DNA of 64,000 nucleotides from an uncultured Verrucomicrobiae bacterium (GTDB lineage Bacteria; Verrucomicrobiota; Verrucomicrobiia; Limisphaerales; JAFGQR01): NCBI GenBank assembly GCA_963788655.1, contig CAWBHS010000087.1, positions 1 to 64,000 of the forward strand, read 5' to 3'. Shown piece by piece: positions 52,845 to 64,000 of this stretch (position 1 is its first letter; each line of letters starts with the position of its first letter). The notes under the pieces were generated by a model. It saw only the letters and a program-made list of their open reading frames with translations, ran no database searches and was not told where the DNA came from. The position numbers and the translations under genes were made by a program.

Positions 52845-53176
52845 TTAGAGCCCTCCCTCCAGGAGGTCGCGCGTGGCCTGATTCAAGTCGTTGAGATTGA
52901 TGCCCGGGCCATTGATGCCGCCGATGTAACCCGCGTTGCCGGCTTGGAGCAGATGCGGCGGGAGAGTTTGCACTTCATCAAAGATGTCCGGCCGTGCCCA
53001 GAGCGCGGTCGGGCCGGAGATTTCGAGTTGGATTCGATAGGGTTTCATGGCGTGGCGGGGTATTCGAGCCAGTGGCGAAGATGCTCCTTGAGCAATTGCC
53101 AGCGGCAGGGGTCCGGATCGGTGGTTCCGTCCGCCGTTACTGCTGTATGGGCAAAGTATTGGCCTTTGTTCTCCAC
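52845..53176 (-). pseudogene. Relic fragments of another cas3/cas5 module
   Basis: 53176-53045: YFAHT...WQLLKEHL (Cas3 HD start). 53048-52845: MKPYRIQLEISGPTALWARPD (Cas5-like start) fused to IFDEVQTLPPHLL (Cas3 Walker B). Confidence 0.7.
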
Positions 53177-53361
53177 TGTTTGCGGTTGTTTAACAGGACG
53201 GCCATGCCACCGCAAGAATTCATTATTTGAATCTATGGAACCGGGCTGAGGACAGAAGACCGAGCGATAAAGTGACCGGGCGGGTTCGTGCGTGTTCCAG
53301 GCTGGCCATCTGGTCCGGAGCGAGGCATCATCGCGGCTGACATTGATTCACCCAATCTGGT

Positions 53362-54367
53362 CATGAAGATGTTTCGATCTTATTCTGCTCAAGTAGCCGT
53401 CGGTTTGGCGGTCGGCATCGTTACTGGTTTGGCTGCTGATCGTCAGTCGCCGCCCCCGGTGCCTTCGGTCCCGGCGGATGCGGTTCGCAGCTCCGTATCC
53501 GCCGCGCCTGGATCTGCGGTAATGGTTCACCCGCTCTCCGCCGCGCGGCATCAGGAGCCGGAGCGTTCCTTTGCCTGGCCGCCGCCCAAGGCGGGCGAAC
53601 CGTTGAACGATCACGTGCTTTACCATTATTTCGAAGCGCAGGCCGGAAAGCTGATGGAGGAAGGCAAAACCAGCACCAACCTGTTGGAGCAATTGGACCG
53701 TAAATCGTGTTCGTGCTCATTGCGCGCCTCCGGACGACGGCGACTGGCGCCGGAAACAATTGTCGAGCGCGTGGAGCCGGGCGTGTTGGTGATGGGCAAG
53801 TTCTATCATTGTCCCCAGTGCAACAAGGTCCACTTTGAAACCGCCACGGGCTTCGTGTTGAGTTCGTCCGGGATGATTGCCACCTGTCTGCACGTGCTGA
53901 CCAAAGGTGAGTTGCGCGGTTTGGCGGCCATGACCCGGGACGGTCAGGTGTTCGGCGTTCGTAAGGTGTTGGCGGCCGACAAATTGAACGACCTGGCGGT
54001 GCTGCAATTGGACGGCAGCGGTTTCACGCCCTTGCCGGTTTCGACGCGAGCTCCGGCGGGGGCGCGGGTCATGGTGCTGAGTCATCCCGACCGACGGTAC
54101 TACTCAGTGACGACCGGCAATGTCTCCCGGTATTTCGTCCTGCGACTACGCGCGGGGCCGGCCACGTTCATGACCGTGACGGCTGATTTTGCCAAAGGCT
54201 CGAGCGGGGCTCCCGTCTTCAATGAATCCGGCGCGGTGGTGGGGATCGTCAACAACACCCGCAACATTTATTACGACACGGAAGACGATAAACCCGCCGA
54301 TCTCCAGATGGTCTTGAAGAATTGTACGCCCGCGGCGGCCTTGCTCAAGTTGTGCAACTCGCGATAA
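53362..54367 (+). CDS. Secreted trypsin-like serine protease
   Basis: ATGF, ATCLHV (His), NDLAVL (Asp), KGSSGAPV (Ser); start uncertain. Confidence 0.85.
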
Positions 54368-55039
54368 GGCTTCGCTGCCACACCGGCTCGATTTTGGACA
54401 GCTTTCCGCAGATTAACCGAACCTTCGGCATTGAACGTTGTCCGGGCCTTGGGCCTTCTCTTTGACGTTTGCCTTCCCGCTGCCGGAAGCCGCGCACATC
54501 GACGTGCTTGGAAAGCTGCACGTAATCCAAACGCTGACGCGACCAGCGCCCGCTTTGCCAGAGTGGGTGGCAACCACCTACGATGCCGGCCGAATCGGAC
54601 GCAATAGATGCGCTCGAATGGCCAACCGCACTTCGCCACGGCATGGTCCATTCGATCTGCCGGCAAGATGCCGGCAGCACGTTACTTGCAGGCTGTGACG
54701 CGTTGCACGCAGCTAATAAAAATTCCGCCGGAGCCGCTTGTCGGATGCCGATATGATGGGTATGTTGTTGGCACGCAAAGCCCCGATTGTGAAAAGAATG
54801 TCGAATTGTCTAATGATACAACGGCCCTACGAACGTAAGTTCTGTCCCGAACAAGATGGTTTCCCGCACGGGATTTATGACCATTAGCACTGGGAACAGT
54901 TTTGCGGTAGTCAGGCGGCAATACGTGCCCTGTTCTTAGGCGTATTCGGTGTAACCAGCGAGTCTGTTCCAACGTCTTGCCTCACAAATCTGTGTTTTTC
55001 CGTGAAGTACAATCATGACCGTCGTCGGATAATCTCCTT

Positions 55040-58000
55040 ATGAAGCACCTGATCCCCCTCATGGCTGCGGTAGTGGCAGCCGTGATCGCCCCGTTTTCTC
55101 TGCAAGCCCAGCCCGCCAATGATAGTTTTGCGAACCGCATCGACTTGACGACGACTTCGGCGACCGGCTCCAACGAGGGAGCTGGAACTCAAAATGGCGA
55201 ACCCAACCGCATCGGCGGCGCCCGTTTTGGCGCGACGGTTTGGTGGACTTGGACCGCCGTCGTCGATGGAGAGGTGACGATTGATACTTTCGGCAGCAGC
55301 TTCAACACGGTATTGGGCGTCTATACGGGCAGCCTGGGCTCGCTAAACGAAGTGGTGTCCAATAATGACGCCACGGGAGTCAGTGACAATACCAGCCAAG
55401 TCACGTTTACCGCGCAGGCAGGCACGACTTATTTGATCATCGTTGCCGGTTGGCGGGCCAATCGCTTCAGCACCCCGGCGACCGGCACCATTCAGCTTCA
55501 TCTGGACATACCGCCCGTGGTGCCGTCCGTTGCTATCACGTCGCCGGGCAACAACAGCTTGGTCGCGGAAGACCGGGTTATTTTCCTTTACGCCCAGGCT
55601 GAGACACCCAACCCGCCCGTTACCCGCGTGGATTACTACAATGATTCGGGCCTGGTTGGCTCCGCCGTCAGCGCGCCGTACTTTGTGATGTACCGAAATG
55701 CGCCGTTGGGCACGAACCATCTCTATGCCGTAGCCACCGACAGCGCCAGTCTGACGGCGACCTCGGCCGTGGTCAACGTGGCGGTGCTGGCGGTCGGGGT
55801 GACCATTATCTCACCAGTCAACGAAACAACCTACCTGGAGGCTGCTCCCATCACCGTGGACGCCGCGACGCTGCTGTTGGCCGGCTCGATGACCAACGTG
55901 ACGTTTTTTGCGGATGATCTGCCTTTCGGTGAAGTGGACCGTAGTCCGTTTAACGCGGTGTGGTCGTCGCCCACTCCTGGGGTGCATCGTCTGACTGCCA
56001 CGGGGATGGACTCGCTCGGGCTGTCGTACACGTCCGCTCCGGTTGACATTGCCATTGCCCGGCCGTTGGTGCCACTCGGTTCCGTCTGGAAATACCTGGA
56101 CGACGGCTCGGATCAAGGCGCAGCTTGGACCGCTCCGCAATTTGATGACAGCACGTGGGCGAGTGGACCGGCGGAATTGGGTTATGGGGACGGCGATGAA
56201 GCTACACTGGTGGGCTTCGGGCCCGACGAAAACAACAGATACGTGACCACCTATTTCCGGCGCGAATTCATGGTCACCCATGTAACCAGTTACAGCAATC
56301 TGGTGTTTGGCATCCGCCGGGACGATGGGGCGGTGGTGTATTTGAACGGGGTCGAAGTCGCGCGCCAAAACATGCCGGTCGGGCCCATTGACTACTTGAC
56401 CTACGCTGCTGGCACCAGCGTTTCCGAAACCGAACTGTATCCCGCCACCGTTCCCGCCACCGCTCTGGTCGAGGGCACCAACGTGCTGGCGGTGGAAATT
56501 CACCAGGCCACCGCAGCCAGTTCGGACATCAGCTTCGAACTCCAACTGCGGGGCGTGCCGTTTGTCATCCACAATCAGCCGCCCGAGATCAGTCTCATTT
56601 CCCCGGGGGATGGAGCCTTGCTGCTGGCGCCCGCCAGTATCACGCTGACGGCCAGTGCCACGGATGCGGATGGCAGCGTGACCAATGTGCAGTTCTTCGC
56701 CGATGGCGTGAAACTGGGGGCAGCCGCGCAGGGTTCCTCCAGCTTCGTGTGGGACAATCCGCCCACTGGCTGGCATGTCGTGTACGCGTCGGCGACCGAC
56801 GATGAAGGCACCACGCGGGACTCGGTATCGGTGAGTATCTCTGTCTTTGACGCGGAGGCCACGCCGTTGGCTGAAATAACCAATCCAGCCGACGGCTTGG
56901 TATTGCAAGGGCCGACCAACCTCGCCGTAACCGCACGGGGCAGCGCACTGGCCAGTATCACCAACGTCCTCTTTTTGGCGAACGGCAGCGAAATTGGGCA
57001 GGCCACCGACGAACCCTACGGGATCATTTGGACCGACGCCGCCTTTGGCGGCCAGGACCTGGTCGCCGTGGTCGCTGACTCGCGCGGCGTACGCGGAACC
57101 TCCAGTGTGGTTCACGTCACCATCAATACTCCGCCCGTAAACAGCAATGCCCCCGTGATCGTGAATATCAGCCCCGCGGACGGAACCACGCTGGGCAGCC
57201 TCAGCCTCGTTGGCGTGACGTTCAGCGAGCCGGTATTTGGCGTGGACGCCAGCGATCTTCTGGTCAACGGGGTGCCGGCGACAGGTCTGAGCGGCAGCGG
57301 CAACTACTACACGTTCACTTTTGAGCAGCCGGCGTTAGGCGAAGTCAACTTTTCGTGGCAAACGGACCACGACATCACTGACTCGGGTTGGCCAACCTCC
57401 TTGCCGTTCGATGGCACGGCGCCCGGGGCCACCTGGACGTATCATTTGGTGGACCTGGTTCCGCCCACGGTCGTGGCGAAAAGCCCGGAACCCGGCGCCG
57501 TTCTGACCAACTTGAGCCAGGTCAGCGTGACCTTCAGCGAAGCGGTCACCGGCGTCAATGCGGCGGACTTCTTGGTCAATGGCACGCCAGCCATTGGACT
57601 GGGCGGCAGCGGCGCCAACTACACCTTCTCCTTCGCCCAACCGGCGGCGGGCATGGTCAATATTTCATGGGCGGCCAATCACGGCATTACCGACCTGGCG
57701 TCCACCCCCAACGCCTTCAATGCCGCCGGTGTGGGCGCCACGTGGAGTTATGACTTGGACAATCGCGTCATCCTGGTCGCGTCGAACAGTCTTTGGTTTT
57801 TCTTCAAGGGCACCGCCGAAGCCTCTTCGCCGTTCGATGCCTGGCGGCAAGTGGCCTTCGGCGACAGCGACTGGTCCAGCAGCCTTTCGCCGTTTTACTA
57901 CGGCACTGACCCGTATCCCACCGACGGCAATCCCGGCACCGACTTGCCGGACATGCCGGGTGGATACTCGTGTGTTTTCCTGCGGCAGGAATTCTCAATC

Positions 58001-61000
58001 GTCAACCGCGCCGCGTTTACCAACCTCTTCCTCACCGCGCAAAGCGACGACGGATTCATCGCCTGGATCAACGGGGTGGAAGTGGTGCGGTATAACATGC
58101 CGGACGGGGACATTCCTTACAACGGCGAAGCCCCATCCGCCATCAACGAGGAGCCCCAGGGCGGCGCGCCGTACCTGACTTACGATCTCCCCGATCCCAG
58201 CACCTATCTGGTGGATGGCGTCAACGTGCTGGCGGTGCAAGCGTTCAACAACCAGCCGCTCAGCAGCAGCGACTTTGGGTTCAACGCCCAATTGTACGGC
58301 TATCCCGCCGATTCCGGTGTGGTCCCGCCGAATGTCGTGGCGGTGGACCCGCCCGCCGGCAACGTGTTTTACCTCACCAACGTCACCGTCAAATTCAGCG
58401 AGGCGGTCACGGGGGTGACCGCCTCGGATCTACTCGTCAATGGCGTGCCGGCATCGGGTTTCAGCGGTGGCTCCAGCAACGACCTTTATACCTTCAGTTT
58501 CACGCAACCATTGTACGGGACAGTATCGATTACGTGGGATGTTAACCAAAGCATCATGGATTTCGATGCGGTACCCAAACCGTTCAGCGGCACGGCGCCT
58601 AGCTCCACCTGGCAATACAATCTGCTAAATCCCAATGCCCCGGTGGTAGCGGTCCAAAATCCGCTGGCCGGCGCCACGGTTTCCGAGTTGACGCAGTTGA
58701 CGGTTACGTTCAGCAAGCCCGTCACGGGGGTGGACGCCAGTGACCTGCGACTAAACGGCCAACCGGCATCTGAGGTAAGCGGATCGGATGCGACGTACAC
58801 GTTTACCTTCCCGCAACCACCATACGGTGACGTGGCCATTGGCTGGGTGACCGATCATGGCATCGCCGACTTGGAAGCACCTCCGAATGCGTTCGAGCCG
58901 AACCGGCCGGGCAGCACTTGGAACTACACGCTCATCGACCAGACTCCACCGGCCATCGCCACCCAAAGCCCCCCCGCCGGCGCGCAAGTCACCAACCTCA
59001 CGCAAATCACCGTTACGTTCACCGAGCCGGTCGAAGGCGTGAACGGGGCGGATTTGCTGATCAACGGCCTGCCCGCCAGCACGGTCAGCGGCAGCGGTGC
59101 GACTTACACCTTTAGCTTTGCCCAACCCAACGCCACGACGGTGTTAATTTCCTGGCCAAACAACCACGGCATTCACGACTTGGCGCGTAACGCCCAATTC
59201 GTTTGATGCGTCCGCTTCCGGCAGCACCTGGTCCTACACCACGCCTGACAACGTGCCGCCGGCCATCGCCACGTTGGAACCGCCGGCCAGCGCCACCGTG
59301 CGGGCGCTGGCGCAAATTTCGATTCTCTTTACGGAGCCGGTCACCGGGGTCGAAGCCAGCGACCTGTTGATTAATGGCACCGCCGCGACGTCGGTGGGCG
59401 GTGCCGACGCGGGGCCGTATCGGTTCCAATTCGCTCAGCCCCCCGTGGGGCCGGTGGAAGTGCAATGGATCTCGGGCCATGGCATCACCGATTTGGCCAT
59501 GCCCGCCGAACGCGTTTACCGGGGGCGAATGGAATTACCGCCTCGATCCCAATGCCAGTTTTGCGGACAAAATTTTGATCAACGAAGTCATGTTCAATCC
59601 GCCCTCCGGCCAGTCCGCTGACGAATGGTTGGAATTGCACAATGTCGGCGACGTGCTGGTAAACCTGAATGGTTGGCGATTCAGCCGTGGTTTGGACTTT
59701 ACCTTCCCCAATGTCGCCATTCCCGCTGACGGCTATCTCATCGTGGCCGCCAACGTTGCGGCGTTCCAGGCCAAATACCCGGCCGTCACGAACGTGGTCG
59801 GTCCCTGGACCGGTGGCCTGGCGAATTCGGATGAAACGATTGAATTGGTCACCAGCACCGGCGAATCGGTGAATCAGGTTCACTACGCGAGCGAAGGCGA
59901 TTGGGCGGTACACCAACGCGGCCGGCCCGCGCACTTGGTGACCAGCCTCACTCGCAGCGGGAACACCGCCATTGTGTACAGCCACGATCACGGTTTAACC
60001 GGCAATGATCGGGTGCTGATCATTGGCGCCGACCAACCTGAATACAACGGCCAGTTCAGCCTGAGTTCGGTCGGCGTCAGCTCGTTCAACTACTCGGTGG
60101 CGAACAATCCCGCCACCCCGGCCACCGGCAACATCATCTTCCGCCAGATTGTGGATGAAGGTGCCTCCGGGTGGTCGTGGTTCAATGCCGCCGATGGCCT
60201 GGGCAGTTCGCTCGAATTGGTGAATGCCGCCGCCTCCAATGATGCGGGTCAAAACTGGCTCGCCAGCACGACCGTAAACGGCACGCCGGGGCAGGCCAAT
60301 TCGGTGGCGCAGACCAATCAGGCGCCGTTTATCCGCGACGCCAAACATTTCCCGCTCGTTCCGCACTCGACGGACTCGGTAGCTATTACGGCCCGCGTGA
60401 GTGACGAATTGAGCAACGGCGTGGCCGAAGTCACGCTCTATTATCGCAATCATAGCAGCCGCACGCCGCCGGCGTTTTCGACGATGACGATGTTCGACGA
60501 CGGGGCGCACAACGACGCGGCCGCCGGGGACGGGATCTACGGCGCCATTCTCGGGCCCGAAGGTGACGGCACGGTCATGGAGTTCTACATCACGGCCGGC
60601 GACGTTGATGGACTGAGCCGCACTTGGCCGGCCCCCGCCTGGCAGACCGATCTCACTTACGCGCCTACCGCTAACGCGCTGTACCAGGTCGATGACACCG
60701 CCTACACCGGCTCGCTGCCGTTGCTGAAGTTGATCATGACCGAGAGCGAGCGGTATGAGTTTGCCAATATCAATCGCAACAGTGACGCCGAAATGAACAC
60801 CACCTTGGTCAGCATCGACGGTGACGGGGCGAAGCTGCGGTACAATTGCGGCTTGCGCATCCGCGGCGCGGGCACGCGCAGCCGGACCCCGCCCAATTTC
60901 CGGTTGAACATCCCCACCGACAACCGGTGGAACAATTTGAATGAGATCAATCTCAACACCCAGTTCATCCACGCGCAATTGGCCGGCAGCGCCCTGGCGC

Positions 61001-64000
61001 AACGGGCGGGCTTGGCCTGCGCGGATGCTCGCATCGTGCAGGTGCGGGTGAATGGTAGCAACCCGGTGCCCTCCAGCGCGCCCGTGAACGGCGGCGGGGC
61101 CGGCGCCGGCTACGGTTCGTTCGTTCTGGTCGAACCCATCAATGGCGACTGGGCGGGTAACCATTTACCGAACGACGGCGGCGGCAATGTCTATCGTGCC
61201 TCCACGGGAAACCATAACGCCAACTTTCCCGCGTTCGGCGACGACGGCGATTCGTATCTCAACCGCGGCTACTCCAAAACCTCCAACCAAAGCGAGTGGG
61301 ACTGGAGCGACCTGGGGCGGCTGGGCGAAACGCTGAACAACATTCCCAATGACGCGGACTACGTGGCGGCCGTAAGCACCAACATCAACGTCGAGGCCTG
61401 GGCGCGTTATTTCGCGGTGTGCGTCTATTTGGGCTACGGCGAAACAGCCTTGTGCAACGGTATTGGCGATGACTACGCCCTGTACCGCGGGGTGACCGAT
61501 CCGCGGTTCATCTTGTTGGCCCACGACTTTGACACCGTCTTCGGTGAGGGGGACAGCCCGAGCTATTGGCCGGTGCTCAATCCGAACATCTGGTTGATGC
61601 TCAATCCGCCCAATCCCAATGCCCTTAGCAATCTGACGCCGCTATTGCGACGCATGTTGCAGCACCAGGAATTCGCGCACATTTATTTTGCCGAATTGAA
61701 ACGGCTGGGCGATACCGTTTTCGCGCCCACCCAATCCAACGCGCTGCTGGAGCAACTACTGACCGGTTGGGGGCCGTCGTCACAGACCATCACCAGCATG
61801 GAAAACTATCTGAACAGCCGGCGGACCAGTATTCTCGCCCAAATTCCCTTGGAGCTGACGATCAGCCATTCGCTTGCGACCCAGAATGGTTATCTCTTTA
61901 CTTCCAATCCCACCGTATCGCTCAGCGGCAACGCCAACGCCATCGACACGCGGCAGGTGCGGGTGAACGGCCATCTGGCCACCTGGTCGGCTTACGAAGC
62001 CCGCTGGAGCAGTTCGGTGACGTTGACGCCGGGCATCAACCGCGTGCTGGTGCAATCGTTTGCTTCGAACGAGGTGGCCTTGGCGAGCGCCACCATTGAG
62101 ATTTGGTATAACAACGGCACCGTGCAGAACGTCTCCGGCACGATCAGCACCGACTCCGCCTGGAGCGCGGCTGGGGGTCCGTATCAAGTGACGGGCAGTC
62201 TTACCATTCCGTCCGGCGTTACGCTGACCATTTCGCCGGGGACGACCGTGTATCTGAACTCCGGTGTCAACCTTACGGTCGCGAGCGGTGGGCGCTTGCT
62301 GGCGGAAGGCACGGCCACGGCGCCAATTCGATTTGCCAATGCACCGGGTAGCGGCACGACCTGGGGCGGCATCACGATCAATGGCGGCGCCAGTTCGCCC
62401 GAAACGAGGATTGCTTATGCGCACTTCGAAGGCAACGGTTCGACGGCCATTCATTCTTCGGGCGGCACCGTGTTCCTCGACCACCTCACGTTTGGCTCGA
62501 CCGATCATCAATACATCTCGCTCGATGGCTCCTCATTTGTGGTCAGCAACTGCGAGTTTCCCACGCCGACCGGCTCGTTCGAACCGGTCCATGGCACCAG
62601 TGGCATTAAATCCGGTGGACGGGGCATCTTCCTGCGCAACTTCTTTGGCGCGGCAAACGGTTACAATGACGTGGTTGATTTCACCGGCGGCAACCGGCCC
62701 GGTCCCATCGTGCAATTCATCAACAACGTCTTCATTGGCAGCGGCGATGACCATCTGGATCTCGACAGCACCGACGCCTGGATCGAGGGCAACATTTTCA
62801 TGCACGCCCACAAGAATGGTTCGCCCGACACCGCCAGCGCCGTCAGTGGCGGTAACGACGACGGCCAAGCCTCGGAGATCACCATCATTGGCAACATCAT
62901 TTACGATTGCGACCAGGCCGCGATGGCCAAGCAAGGTGATTTTTACACACTGATCAACAACACCATCGTTCACCAAACCCACCAAGCCGGTTTGGATACG
63001 GCGGGTGCGGTCGTGTGCGTGGCCGACGAAGGCACCGCGCAAGCCGCGGGCATGTATCTCGAGGGGAACATCATGTACGACGTGGAGCAACTGGTGCGCA
63101 ACCAGACCACTGCCGTGGTGACGTTCACCAACAACCTGATGCCGCTGCCGTGGGCCGGTCCGGGCGGTGACAATGCGAGCGCCGATCCAATGTTGAACTA
63201 CATGTACCGCAAGTGGCCGAAACGACCTTCAGCAACTGGGCCTCGGCGCAAGTGATGTGGGATTGGTTCCGCCTGCGCTCGGGCTCCCCCGCCGCTGGCA
63301 CGGGCCCCAACGGCCGCGACCAAGGCGTTCCGCTGCAACCTTTCACCTCGTCAAGTCTTCAGCCGTTCAGCGTTTCCAGCGTGGCCCCGGTTCTTGGCGC
63401 TTCCATTGCCGGCGAACCTCAGGGTAGAACCAGTCGCTCGACGGCAACGCTGACTGTTGGCGTCGCCGCCACCGGCAATAGCATTCCGGTGGCGAGTTGG
63501 CCGAATGGCTCCGGCTACACGCACTACAAATGGCGTCTCGATTCCGGCGTGTGGAGCGCGGAAACGCCTATCACCACCCCAATTCAACTCAGCGGTCTTG
63601 GCCAGGGCATGCACCAAGTTGAAGTGGTGGGCAAACGGGACGCCAACATGTATCAGAACGATCCCGATTACGGTGGCGATGCGGTGGTCACGTTGTCGCG
63701 CACTTGGATCGTCGATGACTCCACCCCGTCGATTCGCTCTGAATGAGATTCTGGCCAGTAACTCGGGCGCCGTAACCATGAAGGCACGACGCCGGATTTG
63801 ATCGAACTTTACAATGACAGCACGGATCCCTTCGACCTGACCGGTTTGCGTTTGACGGACGATGCGCAAAACCCGGACAAGTTCACCTTCCCGGATGGCG
63901 CCTTCATCGAGGCCGGCGAGTATCTCGTGCTGTTTGCGAACAATCCGGACGGCACCACCGGTTACCACTTGGGATTCAATCTTAATCAGGACGGTGAGAC
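55040..64000 (+). CDS. Giant secreted multidomain protein: PPC-like, multiple Ig-like repeats, lamin-tail domains, CotH kinase, right-handed beta-helix; several frameshifts; runs off the window
   Basis: Signal peptide; PANDSFANR; repeated VTFSE(P/A)V.GV.A.D.LVNG; INEVMFNP...EWLELHN; LRIRGAG...RLN...INLN...VEP...HDFD; LNEILASN...DLIELYN. Confidence 0.85.

Overview
Bacterial genomic DNA, mostly high-GC. The gene content and repeat families suggest a Verrucomicrobiota (Pedosphaerales/Limisphaerales-like) genome, but this is inference. Many genes carry single-base indels, as expected from an unpolished long-read assembly. Layout: (1) 1-8.5 kb is an Rhs polymorphic-toxin array with two near-identical orphan Rhs cores, a signal-peptide 'mini-Rhs' carrying a Zn-dependent PLC/P1-like toxin, an Ntox44-like toxin split by an IS1380-family element that carries an AbrB-like passenger gene, and putative immunity genes. 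(2) 9-15 kb holds a PRC-barrel protein, an ABC-type permease and larB-larC. (3) 15-41 kb is a carbohydrate/sulfate-ester degradation region (SASA esterase, two sulfatases, GH2-like, GH27, GH29, GH127, Gfo/Idh/MocA). It also contains a solitary integron-type gene cassette and several MITE/REP repeats. (4) 41.2-53.2 kb is a type I-C CRISPR-Cas locus (16 full repeats, cas2-1-4-7-8c-5-3). A four-helix-bundle gene and a RelE/ParE toxin-antitoxin pair are embedded in it, relics of an older cas3/cas5 module lie upstream, and 14 consecutive spacers are strongly depleted in homodinucleotides. (5) 53.3-64 kb holds a trypsin-like protease and a giant secreted Ig/lamin-tail/CotH protein that runs off the window. 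REP-like palindromes and heptamer repeats occur in frame inside several protein genes.
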